Source of the DNA: an uncultured Pseudomonadota bacterium
Lineage (GTDB): Bacteria; Myxococcota_A; Polyangia; Fen-1088
Assembly: GCA_963847705.1 (NCBI GenBank)
Contig: CAWKBC010000044.1
Location: forward strand, 32,001 to 96,000
Direction: 5' to 3'
Length of the DNA stretch: 64,000 nt
The first letter of the stretch is position 1, and every line of letters starts with the position of its first letter. Of the stretch, positions 10,391 to 20,389 are shown in pieces. The position numbers and the translations under genes were made by a program. The notes below the pieces were generated by a model. The model was not told the DNA's origin and did not search any database. It saw only the letters and a program-made list of their open reading frames with translations.

Positions 10391-11941
10391 TCACCCCAGG
10401 CGCTGGCGCAGGTGGTCCCCGACGCGCAGCGCGTTCGCCATCGCGGTCAGCCCGGGGTTCACGGCGCCGATGCTGGGGAAGAAGCTGGTGTCGACGACAT
10501 AGAGGTTGTCGAGCTCGTGCGCCTTGCAGTTGACGTCCAGCACCGACGTCCTGGGATCGGTGCCGAAGCGCGCGGTGCCGGCCTGGTGCGCGACCGCCGC
10601 GATCTCCATCTCGTTCTTCAGGTAGAGGTTCCGGGGGACCAGGTGCTCCGGGTGCATGCCGAGGTGCCCCAGCATCGACTTGAGTTGATCGGCGAGCTGC
10701 TTGGTCGGGACCTCGTTGGTCTTGGTGTAGCTGAGGCGGATGCTGCCGTCGCTCTCCAGCGTGACCCGGTTCTCGGGCCGCGGCAGATCCTCGGTGCAGA
10801 GCCAGAAGTCGACCCCGTGCTTGGCCAGCATCTCCAGCGACCACAGTGGCGCCAGCTTGGCGATGTGCTTCTCGCCCCGGAACATCGGCGCCTGTGACTT
10901 GCCGACCATCGAGATGTTGCCCAGCGGGTAATCCGTGTTGGGTCCCTTGAAATAGAAGTCGTTCACGCCCAGCGTCTTCTGATAGCGGGTCGGGTTCGGT
11001 TCCCTCGAGACCGCCATGACGACCTGGTTGTTGTGGCACATGTAGTTGCGGCCCACCTGATCCGATCCGTTGGCGAGGCCGCGCGGGTGCTTGTCGCTCG
11101 CGGAGGCGAGCAGCAGGCGGGCCGAGTTCGAGGCGCCGCACGAGACCACCACGATCTGGCCCCGGTAGCTCTCGACGGCTCCGTCGTGCTCGACCTCCAC
11201 CTCGGTCACCGCGGTGCCGGCCGCGTTGGTCTTGAGCCGCGTCGCGCGCGCGTTGGTGAGCAGCGTGACGTTGGGGAACGTCAGCGCCGGTCGGACCGCG
11301 ATCACCTCGGCGTCGGACTTGGCGTGGACCAGGCAGGGGAACCCGTCGCACTCCGCGCAACGAACGCAGGTCGAGAACGGCATGTTGTTCTCGGTCAGCA
11401 TGATCCCGCAGGGGGCGTGAAACGGCTGGTAGCCGGCCCGCGCCAGATCGTCGTGGAGCTGCTGGATGCGCGGCTCGTGCGAGACCGCCGGGTGCGGATA
11501 GGGGCCGCTGGCGGGCGGATCGATCGGATCCTCGCCGCGCGCGCCATGAACCTGATAGAGGTTCTCCGCCCGCATGTAGTAGGGCTCCATGTCGGAGTAG
11601 GAGATCGGCCAGGCGGGCGAGACGCCGTCCTGGTGCCGGAGCTCCCCGAAGTCGCGCTCGCGCAGGCGGTAAAGCTGGGCGCCGTACATCTTGGTCGCGC
11701 CCCCCACGTGGTAGTAGACGCCGGGCTGAAACGGCTTGCCCTCCTTGGTGTACCAGATGTCCTTCGAGACGTAGCGGTTCTCGACGAACACGTTTTCGGC
11801 GTCCCAGTTTTCCTTCTCGCGTGGCAGCCATCCGCCGCGCTCCAGGATGAGGATACGCTTCCCGAACGGCGCCAGCTCGAGCGCCAGCGTGCCGCCCCCG
11901 GCGCCGGTGCCGATGATGATCACATCGAAGGACTCAGCCAC
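10391..11941 (-). CDS. GMC family oxidoreductase
   Basis: DVIIIGTGAGGG FAD motif, GGATK, HQAGTARFG, NLYVVDTSFFP, NPGLT; GTG 11941 overlaps the upstream stop. Confidence 0.92.
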   Translation of the reverse strand: MAESFDVIIIGTGAGGGTLALELAPFGKRILILERGGWLPREKENWDAENVFVENRYVSKDIWYTKEGKPFQPGVYYHVGGATKMYGAQLYRLRERDFGELRHQDGVSPAWPISYSDMEPYYMRAENLYQVHGARGEDPIDPPASGPYPHPAVSHEPRIQQLHDDLARAGYQPFHAPCGIMLTENNMPFSTCVRCAECDGFPCLVHAKSDAEVIAVRPALTFPNVTLLTNARATRLKTNAAGTAVTEVEVEHDGAVESYRGQIVVVSCGASNSARLLLASASDKHPRGLANGSDQVGRNYMCHNNQVVMAVSREPNPTRYQKTLGVNDFYFKGPNTDYPLGNISMVGKSQAPMFRGEKHIAKLAPLWSLEMLAKHGVDFWLCTEDLPRPENRVTLESDGSIRLSYTKTNEVPTKQLADQLKSMLGHLGMHPEHLVPRNLYLKNEMEIAAVAHQAGTARFGTDPRTSVLDVNCKAHELDNLYVVDTSFFPSIGAVNPGLTAMANALRVGDHLRQRLG

Positions 11942-13102
11942 GGGCCCCTGCCCTCGCCGCCGCCGCGGCAGTCCCGGTGCCCGTGGTGGCGCCAATCGGG
12001 GTCCCGAAGCGGATGACGTTCTTGATGCCGCCGTGGCCGGGCGAAAGGATGTCGGTGATCTGCTCGGGGGCGAAGTGCCCGGTGATGAGCTCTCGCACCG
12101 GCCCGGGCCAGCGCGCGTTGAATTTCCCCAGATCGCGGATCGACGCCTCGAACGCCGGCGGTCCGGCGTTGACGGTCCCGTAGAGGAGCTGATTCTCCAG
12201 CACCAGATCGCGCATGATGTGCTCGGCGTCGAGGGAGACGGGGGTCTTGTGGCCCGGAACGCCGGTGAAGATGAAGACGCCGTTCTTGCCGATCGCCGGG
12301 AGGGCGGCGAAGGCCAGGGCCGCCGAGCCGGTGGCCTCGTAGATGAGATCGACGTTGCCGACCTGCTTGCCGAGGTCGCCCACGGGAAGCTTGCCCGACT
12401 CGAGGTAGCGGGCGCCGATCTTGTTGACCCAGGCGGCGCGGGGGCTGCTGGCGCTCTCGCGCGAGTAGATCCAGGTGTCGAACCCCCGCACCAGGAGCGC
12501 CAGCGCGCCCAGCAGGCCGACCGGCCCCGCGCCCAGCACCACCGCGTTCAGTCCCCGTTTCTCTTCTCGGGCAGGGTTGACCCAGGGCATGCGGACCAGC
12601 ACGGACTCCAGCTCGATGAGGGCCTTCTCCGCGATGGTGAGCGGCTCGGTGAGGACCGCGATGTCCGCGATCTCCCGCGGCACGAGGTGCATGTTGTCCG
12701 CCAGGTCGACCACCTCGTCGGTCATGAAGCCGTGCCGCCGCATGATGCCGCGCTCGGTGTAAGCGCCGGTCACGCAGAAGTCCGGCCGGTTGTGCTGGCA
12801 GGGGCGGCACTCCGGTTTGCCGCAGGGGCGGCGCACCGTGGTCACCACCAGATCGCCCGGCTTGAGGTTCGACACCGCGCTGCCGACCTCGACGACCTCG
12901 CCGAGCGACTCGTGGCCCATCACCAGGTACGGCTCACCGGGGGGCGGGGCGCCGTACTCGAAGCGGGCGATCTCGTGGTCGGTCCCGCACACGCCGACCT
13001 CCAGCATGCGGATCCGCGCCTGATCGTCCCCTTCCAGCCGGGGGACGGACGATCGACCAGCCGAATCTTCTTCTCGGTCGGGAACATGGCAATTGCACGC
13101 AT
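11934..13102 (-). CDS. Zn-dependent glucose 1-dehydrogenase (archaeal-type MDR); 1-nt frameshift near 13040-13044
   Basis: VGVCGTD, GHESLG, TVRRPC..C..C..C, ERGI, TEPL, GAGPVG and ENQ..GTVNA motifs; N-terminus MRAIAMFP is in another frame (ORF 12920..13102). Confidence 0.85.
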
Positions 13103-13147
13103 GGATCCACCTCGTTGCCGGTTGGGTGTGTGGTTGTGGGAGCTTCG

Positions 13148-15163
13148 TTAAGCGGGGTGAGGCTTGAGACTTCGCCCGGCAACGACCGGGCCGACCACCC
13201 GCTCCTCGCGTTTGTGAAAGGCGGTCTCCTCGTGCGCGGCCAGGGCCACCAGAAAGCGCCCGTCGAGGAGCGCCGGAACGCGCTGGATCGCTTCGCCGAG
13301 CGCCTCCAGCCCCGCGAAGAACGGCAGGTCGGTCTTCTGCAAGTTGCGCTTGAGCCAATCGATGGGATCGCGCGCCTCGATCCAGTCCATCTCTTTCTTG
13401 TCGGCAAACAGCGCCCGCACCGGATCGGCGGTGGCGCTCACCGTCTGGATCAGACGTCCGTGGGCGAATCGTGGCGCGAGCTGCGCCGCCAGCTCCAGGC
13501 TCTGGCGACCGGGGCGCACCAGATTGTCCGGGTGCGCGACGATGAGGACCCGAGCGAAGTTGGCGACGTCGCCGTGCGCGATGACGGTCGGCACCGGCGA
13601 CCGCGCCAGCGCCTCGCTCTCCTCGCTGTCCGGCTGGATCCGGTCGCGCGCGTGCCATTCGTTGATCAGCAGCGTGGCCTTCTCGCCCAGGATCGTCTCC
13701 AGCAGACCCTCCGGAACGGTGGCGGCGACGCGAAACAACGTGCGCGATTCGAGCCCCTCCTTCGCCAGCCACTCCTCCGCCTCGGTGGTGAGACCACGCT
13801 GCGCGGCCTGCTCCGCCGGCGACGCCTCCGTGCGCGCGAAGCTGGCCGCCAGGACGATGCCCCCGTCGCTGGTGGCCAGCTTCCCGGCCAGGGCCAGCGC
13901 TGGTCGGGTCGAATCGCCCCAGACCGGGACCAGGACCGTCTTTCCCAGCGCCGCCGCCTCTTCGGTCACGGCGGTCACCCGCTTGCCGAAGTGGCTCACC
14001 AGCGCGGGGGTCACGACCAGCGACGCCAGGATGACCACCAACACCGCGTTGATCGTCTGCTTGTCGAACAGGCCCAGCTTGGCGCCGACCAGCGTGGTCG
14101 CCAGCGTGGCCGCCGCTTGTGAGCCGGAGAGGCCGGACATGACGCCCACCTCCGGCCAGGTGAAGTGGAAGGTCCGCCCGGCGATGACCGCGGCCAACGA
14201 CTTGCCGCCCAGGACCGCCACGGTGAAGATGAGCGCGATCCCCAGCGTCTTCGGATCGACCATCACCCTGGGCTCGAGCAGGATGCCGACCGAGACCAGG
14301 AAGATGGGGATGAAGAACGTGGAGCCCATGAACTGCAGCCGGTCCATGAGCGGGCTCTCTTCGGGGACCGCGCGATTGAGGCCGAGGCCCGCGAAGAAGG
14401 CGCCCACGATGCCGTCGATGCCGGCGGCCTCCGCCATGACCGCACCGACGAGAAACGCCGCGATGCCCAGGACGAACCGGTACGAGCGATCGGTCCCCAC
14501 GTGCGCGAAGAACCAGCGCGCCACGCGGGGCAAGGCGACCAGCGACCAGACGGCGAGCACCGCGAGACCGACGGCGATCCCCAGCAGCTGCAGGCCGAGC
14601 GCGCCGCCCGGCTTGACCGTCCCCGAGATCACCGACAACACCAGCAGGGCCGAGGTGTCCGTCACCGCGGTGGCGCCGACCACCGTCGCCACGGCGCGGT
14701 TGCGGGCCAGCCCCATCTGCCTGAGCAGCGGATAGGTGACCAGGGTGTGCGAGCCCCAGTTCGATCCCATCAGCACCGCCGCCGCCCAGTGGTAGTGGAG
14801 CAGCCGCGCGCTCACGATCCCGAGCGTGAAGGGGATGGCGAACGACAGCAGCGCGAAGGTGACGGCAGCCTTCTTCATCTTCATGAACAGCTTGAGGTCG
14901 AGCTCGAGGCCCGCGCTGAACATCAGATAGAGCAGGCCGAACTCACCGGTCGCCGAGAGCGCGATCTCCTTGGAGGCGAGGGCCCGCGTGCCATGCGGCC
15001 CCAGCGCCATTCCCGCCAGGACCAGGCCCACCATTGCGGGCAGCCGGAGGACCTCGGCGATCTTGGGCGCCAGAATCAGCGCCAGAACGAGGATCGCGTA
15101 CGCCAGGGTCGGACCGGCCGTGATCCGATGCAGGATGTCTTCGAGCAGGTCGACCGGATGAAT
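13148..15163 (-). CDS. Cation:proton antiporter (CPA2) with C-terminal USP-like domain; probable ATT start
   Basis: GLLYLMFSAGLELD, SHTL..YP, VGATAVTD, GIVGAFFAG, FIPIFLVSVG and QAAATLA motifs; perfect AAGGAGGT 5 nt before an in-frame ATT at 15163. Confidence 0.88.
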   Translation of the reverse strand: MHPVDLLEDILHRITAGPTLAYAILVLALILAPKIAEVLRLPAMVGLVLAGMALGPHGTRALASKEIALSATGEFGLLYLMFSAGLELDLKLFMKMKKAAVTFALLSFAIPFTLGIVSARLLHYHWAAAVLMGSNWGSHTLVTYPLLRQMGLARNRAVATVVGATAVTDTSALLVLSVISGTVKPGGALGLQLLGIAVGLAVLAVWSLVALPRVARWFFAHVGTDRSYRFVLGIAAFLVGAVMAEAAGIDGIVGAFFAGLGLNRAVPEESPLMDRLQFMGSTFFIPIFLVSVGILLEPRVMVDPKTLGIALIFTVAVLGGKSLAAVIAGRTFHFTWPEVGVMSGLSGSQAAATLATTLVGAKLGLFDKQTINAVLVVILASLVVTPALVSHFGKRVTAVTEEAAALGKTVLVPVWGDSTRPALALAGKLATSDGGIVLAASFARTEASPAEQAAQRGLTTEAEEWLAKEGLESRTLFRVAATVPEGLLETILGEKATLLINEWHARDRIQPDSEESEALARSPVPTVIAHGDVANFARVLIVAHPDNLVRPGRQSLELAAQLAPRFAHGRLIQTVSATADPVRALFADKKEMDWIEARDPIDWLKRNLQKTDLPFFAGLEALGEAIQRVPALLDGRFLVALAAHEETAFHKREERVVGPVVAGRSLKPHPA

Positions 15164-15325
15164 GACGGACCTCCTTGAGGGGGCTAGGCGTTCTGCAGTT
15201 TGTGGCCGGTCGGCCCAACTGCCATTCGCGCGATCTGGAATCAGTCGTCGCCGTACCGGTCGCCCCTTCGATTGCTGGCCATGTTGAGGCCTGACCGGCG
15301 CGACGCGGTCGAAGGAGAGATGTGC

Positions 15326-16750
15326 ATGCAGGCAGGCGCGGGCGACCTTTTGATCGGGGCGAGCAATCTGATCGCGGCGCGAAGTCAGATGGCCTTCACG
15401 CTGGGGTTCCACATCTTGCTGGTGCCGTTCGGCGTCTGCCTGCCGCTGTTCGCGCTCATCGCCAACGCTTACGGCCTCCGCCGCCAGGACGCGGCGGCGC
15501 TCCGGCTGGCGCGGCGCTGGTCCCACGCCATGGGGGTGACCTTCGCCGTCGGCGCGGTCACCGGGACGGTCCTCTCGTTCGAGCTCGGGGTCCTCTGGCC
15601 CGGGATGCTCGGTCGCTTCGGCGACGTGTTCGGGCTCCCCTTCGCCATCGAGGGGCTGGCCTTCTTTCTGGAGGCGATCTTCGTGGCGATCTACATCTTC
15701 GGGTGGGATCGGCTCCCGCCGCGCCTGCACCTCTGGCTCGGCGCTCCCCTCCCGCTGTTCGCGGCGCTGGGCGCCTTCTCCATCATCTCGGCGAACTCCT
15801 GGATGAACACGCCCCGCGGGTTTCAGCTCGACGCCGCGGGGAGACCCTTCGCCGTCGATCCCTGGGCCGCCATCTTCAACCCGGCGCTCCCGCACGAGCT
15901 CGCTCACTTCCTGCTGGCGGCGCTGCTCTGCGCCGGATTCGTCGTGGCCTCGATCTACGCGGTCGGCATGCTGAAGGGCCGTCGCGATCGCCTGCACCGG
16001 CTGGGGTTCCTCATCCCGTTCACGGTCGCCGCCGTCGCCACGCCGATGCAGATGATGGTGGGTGACCGCGCGGTCCGCGAGGTGGTCAAGCTGCAGCCGG
16101 TCAAGTTCGCCGCGATGGAGCTGCTCTCCCGGACCGCCACCCACGTCCCTGAGCGCCTGGGCGGACACATGAAGGACGGCGTTCCGACCGGCGGCCTGAA
16201 GGTGCCGGACCTGGCCTCGTTCCTCACTGGATTCCACGCCGACACCAGGATCGTCGGCCTCGACAGCGTGGCGCCCGCCGATCGCCCGCCCGCCACCATC
16301 GTCCACCTCTCCTTCGACGTGATGATCGCCGCCGCCAGCGGGCTGGCGCTGCTCTCGGTCTGGTTCGTCTTCGCCTGGTGGCGGCGGCGCGATCTCCCGG
16401 CGACGCCCTGGTTTCTGCGCGCCTGCGCGCTCGCGGGCGCGCTGTCGCTGGTGGCGATGGAGGCAGGGTGGATCACCACGGAGGTGGGACGCCAGCCCTG
16501 GGTGGTCTACGGTTTCCTGCGCACCGCGCAGGCGGTCACGCACGCCCGCGGCATCTGGGGGTCGTTCGCGGCCGTGGTCGCGATCTACGCGGTGGTCGGC
16601 ACCGGCCTGGTGCTGGTGCTGCGCGCCATGTCACGCCGCTGGCGCAAAGGGGAAGGCGACGCCCTGCCGGGGCCCTACGCGCCACGCGGTCCCATCGTTC
16701 TTCCCGCACAGGGCGCGGCCTCGGCGCTCGCCGCCAGGAGGTCGGCGTGA
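15326..16750 (+). CDS. cydA: Cytochrome bd ubiquinol oxidase subunit I (short Q-loop)
   Basis: LGFHIL heme His, GAVTGT..FE, EG.AFFLEA, ANSWMNTP, QPVKFAAME and EVGRQPW; AAGGAG RBS. Confidence 0.95.
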   Translation: MQAGAGDLLIGASNLIAARSQMAFTLGFHILLVPFGVCLPLFALIANAYGLRRQDAAALRLARRWSHAMGVTFAVGAVTGTVLSFELGVLWPGMLGRFGDVFGLPFAIEGLAFFLEAIFVAIYIFGWDRLPPRLHLWLGAPLPLFAALGAFSIISANSWMNTPRGFQLDAAGRPFAVDPWAAIFNPALPHELAHFLLAALLCAGFVVASIYAVGMLKGRRDRLHRLGFLIPFTVAAVATPMQMMVGDRAVREVVKLQPVKFAAMELLSRTATHVPERLGGHMKDGVPTGGLKVPDLASFLTGFHADTRIVGLDSVAPADRPPATIVHLSFDVMIAAASGLALLSVWFVFAWWRRRDLPATPWFLRACALAGALSLVAMEAGWITTEVGRQPWVVYGFLRTAQAVTHARGIWGSFAAVVAIYAVVGTGLVLVLRAMSRRWRKGEGDALPGPYAPRGPIVLPAQGAASALAARRSA

Positions 16751-19068
16751 GCACCGTCGTCGCCTTGATTCTCTGGTTCGCCGTCACCAGCTACGCGGTC
16801 TTCGGCGGCGCCGACTACGGCGCCGGTTTCTGGGATCTGACGGCGGGCGGCGCCCGGCGCGGCGCCCCGGCGCGGGCACTCATCGATCACGCGATGGCGC
16901 CGGTCTGGGAGGCCAACAACGTCTGGCTGATCCTCGCGCTGGTGGTGCTCTGGACCGCGTTCCCCCGGGCCTTCGCCGCGATCATGTCGACGCTCTACCT
17001 GCCGATGGCCCTGGCGGCGGCCGGGATCGTGCTGCGCGGCTCGGGCTTCGTGTTTCGCGAGGCGACGCGCGCGCTGACCGGACGCCGCCTCTTCGGCGCC
17101 ACCTTCGCGCTGTCGTCGGTCGTCACGCCCTTCTTCCTCGGCGCGAGCTTCGGCGCGATCGCCTCGGGGCGGGTGCACGCCGCCGATGCGGTGGTCGATC
17201 CGATGGCGCGAATCGCCGGCTGGTGCGGCCCAACCTCGATCCTGGTCGGCGTGCTGGCGGTGTCGAGCGCGGCTTTTCTCGCAGCGGTCTTTCTCGTCTT
17301 CGACGCGCGGCGGGTGGACGAGACGCTGGACCGCGCCTTCAGGTGGCGGGCGGTGGGAAGCGGCCTCGTGACCGGCCTCATCGCCATCGTCGGGCTGTTC
17401 GTCATCCGCGGCGACGCGCCGTTTCTGTTTCATGGCCTGGTGCACGAGGGGCTCCCCTTCGTGCTGCTCTCCGGGGCTTGCGGCGGCGCGGTCGTCGTCC
17501 TGCTCACCCAGGGGATCACGCGCGGCACGCGGGCGCTGGCCGTCATGGCGGTGGTGAGCGTGCTGGCCGGGTGGGGCGTGGCGCAGTACCCCTACCTGCT
17601 GCCGACCTCTCTCACCCTGGAGGCGGCGGCGGGCGCGACCCGCTCGCTCGGCTGGCTGGTGGCCGTGTTCCTGCTCGCCTGCGTCACCGCCGTCCCGGCC
17701 CTGGCGCTGCTCTACGTTCTCGACCAGCGCAGCCGGCTGCAGCGTGGCTCGGCGGTCGAGGGAGAGAAACCCGGGAGCCGCCACCGGGTGGTGATCGTGG
17801 GCGGCGGCTTCGGCGGACTCTTCGCCACCCGCGCGCTCGGCTGGTCGCCGGTGGACGTCACCCTGGTCGACCGCGAGCCCCACCATCTGTTCCAGCCGCT
17901 GCTCTACCAGGTCGCGACCGGCATCCTCTCCGAGGGGGAGGTCGCCCCCTCGCTGCGGCACATCCTGCGCTTTCAAGAGAACGCCGCGGTGCTGCTGGCC
18001 GAGGTCACCGGCTTCGATCTCGAGCGTCGCGAGGTTCAAGCCCGTCGCCCCGACGGCGTCGCGATGGTGCTCCCCTACGACAGCCTGATCGTCGCGGCCG
18101 GCGCCGGGATGTCGTACTTCGGCCGCGACGAGCTGGCCGAGCACGCCCCCGGGATGAAGACGCTGGACGACGCGCTCCGGCTGCGGCGGCGCCTGCTGCA
18201 GTCGCTGGAGATGGCGGAGCTCAGCGAAGATCCCCACAGGCAAGAGGGGTGGCTGACGGTGGCCATCGTCGGCGCCGGCCCCACCGGCGTCGAGATCGCC
18301 GGCCAGGTCCGCGCGCTGGCCATGCGCGCCCTCGGCACCAGCTTCCGACGAATCGATCCCGCGCGGGTTCGCGTCCTGCTGCTCGACGCCGGTCACGAGC
18401 CGCTCAGTCAGTTCGGCGATCGGCTGTCGGAGATCGCCACGCGCGAGCTCGACACGATGGGCGTGGAGCTGCGGATGGGCGTCAGGGTCACGGCGGTCGA
18501 CGACGAGTCGGTCACCTTCGAGGGGCCAGGCGGTCCCGAGCGGATCGAGGCGCGCACCGTCATCTGGGCGGCCGGCGTCCAGGCCTCGCCGCTGGCGCGT
18601 CTGCTCGCGGAGGCGTCGGGCGCCGTCTGCGATCGGGCGGGCCGGGTGGAGACCCGGCCCGACTGCACCCTGCCGAAGCATCCAGAGGTCTTCGCCATCG
18701 GTGACATGACCAGCCTCGATCGGCTCCCCGGCGTCGCCGAGGTCGCCATGCAGGAGGGCCTTCACGCCGCCAGAGCCATCCGCCTGCGGGTGGCCGGAAA
18801 GCCGACCCACACGCCGTTCCGGTACCGGGACCTCGGCAGCATGGCGACGGTGGGGCGCTTTCGCGCGGTGGTCAGCCTCAAGGGCCTTCGGGTGGGCGGC
18901 CTGCTCGGCTGGCTGACCTGGGCGGTCATTCACCTCACCTTCCTCACCGGCTTCGCCAACCGCTTCGCCACCCTCTTCCACTGGGTACGCACCTTCCTCG
19001 GTCGCAGCCGCAGCCAGATCGCCTACAGCGCAAGGTTCACGAAGACGCGGCCGTCGGCTCCGCGCTGA
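16747..19068 (+). CDS. cydB: Cytochrome bd subunit II fused in frame to a type II NADH:quinone oxidoreductase (773 aa)
   Basis: GADYGAG, PVWEANNVWL and QYPYLLP (CydB) continue without a stop into VVIVGGGFGG, FQPLLYQVATG, GAGPTGVE, FAIGD and YRDLGSMA (NDH-2); GTGA overlap with the cydA stop. Confidence 0.88.
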   Translation: MSTVVALILWFAVTSYAVFGGADYGAGFWDLTAGGARRGAPARALIDHAMAPVWEANNVWLILALVVLWTAFPRAFAAIMSTLYLPMALAAAGIVLRGSGFVFREATRALTGRRLFGATFALSSVVTPFFLGASFGAIASGRVHAADAVVDPMARIAGWCGPTSILVGVLAVSSAAFLAAVFLVFDARRVDETLDRAFRWRAVGSGLVTGLIAIVGLFVIRGDAPFLFHGLVHEGLPFVLLSGACGGAVVVLLTQGITRGTRALAVMAVVSVLAGWGVAQYPYLLPTSLTLEAAAGATRSLGWLVAVFLLACVTAVPALALLYVLDQRSRLQRGSAVEGEKPGSRHRVVIVGGGFGGLFATRALGWSPVDVTLVDREPHHLFQPLLYQVATGILSEGEVAPSLRHILRFQENAAVLLAEVTGFDLERREVQARRPDGVAMVLPYDSLIVAAGAGMSYFGRDELAEHAPGMKTLDDALRLRRRLLQSLEMAELSEDPHRQEGWLTVAIVGAGPTGVEIAGQVRALAMRALGTSFRRIDPARVRVLLLDAGHEPLSQFGDRLSEIATRELDTMGVELRMGVRVTAVDDESVTFEGPGGPERIEARTVIWAAGVQASPLARLLAEASGAVCDRAGRVETRPDCTLPKHPEVFAIGDMTSLDRLPGVAEVAMQEGLHAARAIRLRVAGKPTHTPFRYRDLGSMATVGRFRAVVSLKGLRVGGLLGWLTWAVIHLTFLTGFANRFATLFHWVRTFLGRSRSQIAYSARFTKTRPSAPR

Positions 19069-19094
19069 TGCGCGGAGGCGCCCGCGAAGCGGCG

Positions 19095-20120
19095 CTACTC
19101 CGAGGAGCGGCGGGGACTGGCGGCCGGGGGAGCGAGCTCGGGCTTGTCGAGCACGACGGCCGATGCTGGCCGGCGACGATCACCGCCGGCCAGGCGCAAA
19201 TACTCGCGCGGGGTCGCCTGCAGGCGCGCGCGGAACACCCGGTGGAACTGCGCGTAGCTGCCGAACCCCGAATCCAGCGCCGCCTCGAGCAGGTTGGTGT
19301 AGCCGCGATCCATCAGCGCCACGAACCGCTCCAGCCGGAGCCCGTTTCGGTATTCCACCAGCGACGTCCCCTTGAGGGTCTTGAAGACGCGCGCCAGGCG
19401 CGAAAGGCTGATGTTCAACGCCGCCGCGATCTCCTTTCCGCCCATGCGCGGATCCCGGTTGAGCATCTCCACCGTCGCCGAGACCAGCGACTGGCTGGGC
19501 GACTCCCCCGAGGGGCCGGCGCGGCGGCCCAGGAGGCCCCGGACAGGATCGAGCATCGACCCGAGCATCGAGCAGAGGATGGCCGCGTGGGCCTGCTTCG
19601 CCTCGTCGACCGGAGCCCCGGTCAGCCCGGCGTCGTTGAACAGCATCCCGATCGCCCCGTTCGTCGACCGGATGGGCGTCTTTGCCACCCAGCCGCGCCC
19701 CGCCACCCGGGTCTCGCCGCGCTGGTGCTCGATGATCGGGCAGTTCTCGAACACCGTGAAGTGCACCCCTTCGTCGGTGGAGCGACGAAGCGCTTCCTGA
19801 TCGGTCTCGCAGAGATCGTAGATGACGTGGTGCTCGTCGACGACGGCGCAGGAGAGGTCCATCCCCCAGGTCCCCAGCATCACGTTGCGTGAGGGATCGA
19901 GCACGAAGATGCCGGCGCGTTTGAGCCCGATGCGATCACGCGCGAGCTCGATGGCGCGCCGCAGGAGGAGATCCGTATCCTCGATGGTGCGAATCTCGTC
20001 CAGCGCCATCAACAGCGAGGTCAGTCCCCCCCGCGCAGAGCCCGCCACCACCTTGGGCGCGGGCGCGCCAGGCCACAGGAGGCTCGGCCAGTTCGCACGC
20101 CGCCCAGTCGTCCTCACCAC
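19095..20120 (-). CDS. AraC-family regulator with N-terminal GAF-like domain (start uncertain)
   Basis: ISLSRLARVFK..G.SLVEYRN and AALDSGFGSYAQFHRVF double HTH. Confidence 0.88.
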   Translation of the reverse strand: MVRTTGRRANWPSLLWPGAPAPKVVAGSARGGLTSLLMALDEIRTIEDTDLLLRRAIELARDRIGLKRAGIFVLDPSRNVMLGTWGMDLSCAVVDEHHVIYDLCETDQEALRRSTDEGVHFTVFENCPIIEHQRGETRVAGRGWVAKTPIRSTNGAIGMLFNDAGLTGAPVDEAKQAHAAILCSMLGSMLDPVRGLLGRRAGPSGESPSQSLVSATVEMLNRDPRMGGKEIAAALNISLSRLARVFKTLKGTSLVEYRNGLRLERFVALMDRGYTNLLEAALDSGFGSYAQFHRVFRARLQATPREYLRLAGGDRRRPASAVVLDKPELAPPAASPRRSSE

Positions 20121-20389
20121 AATCCAATATTCCCAGAACTTCCGTTTTGAGCCAACTCCCAGCATGAAAATGACGCCCAAATGCGTCTCAGGATGAGCTC
20201 CGGGGGCGGCGTTGCGGGCAAGCCTCGCCCGTTCTGGCCCTGTTTTCATGGCCCAGCTCGGCAAGGGCCCCGCGAGAACCCTGGGCCTTCCCCCTGGGGG
20301 ACCGGACTGTCGCCCGCCGGCGACCCCGCCCCGATGCGCCTGGTCAAACGGGGCTCTGCGACGCCGGCGATCTACGATGGGCGCAGTCG

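Noticed and set aside
13103-16543. Long N-terminal extensions of the 612-aa and 1131-aa ORFs suggesting large fusions
   Set aside because: They are alternate-frame or antisense shadows of the antiporter and cydA with Arg/Pro/Gly-rich composition, typical of high-GC DNA.
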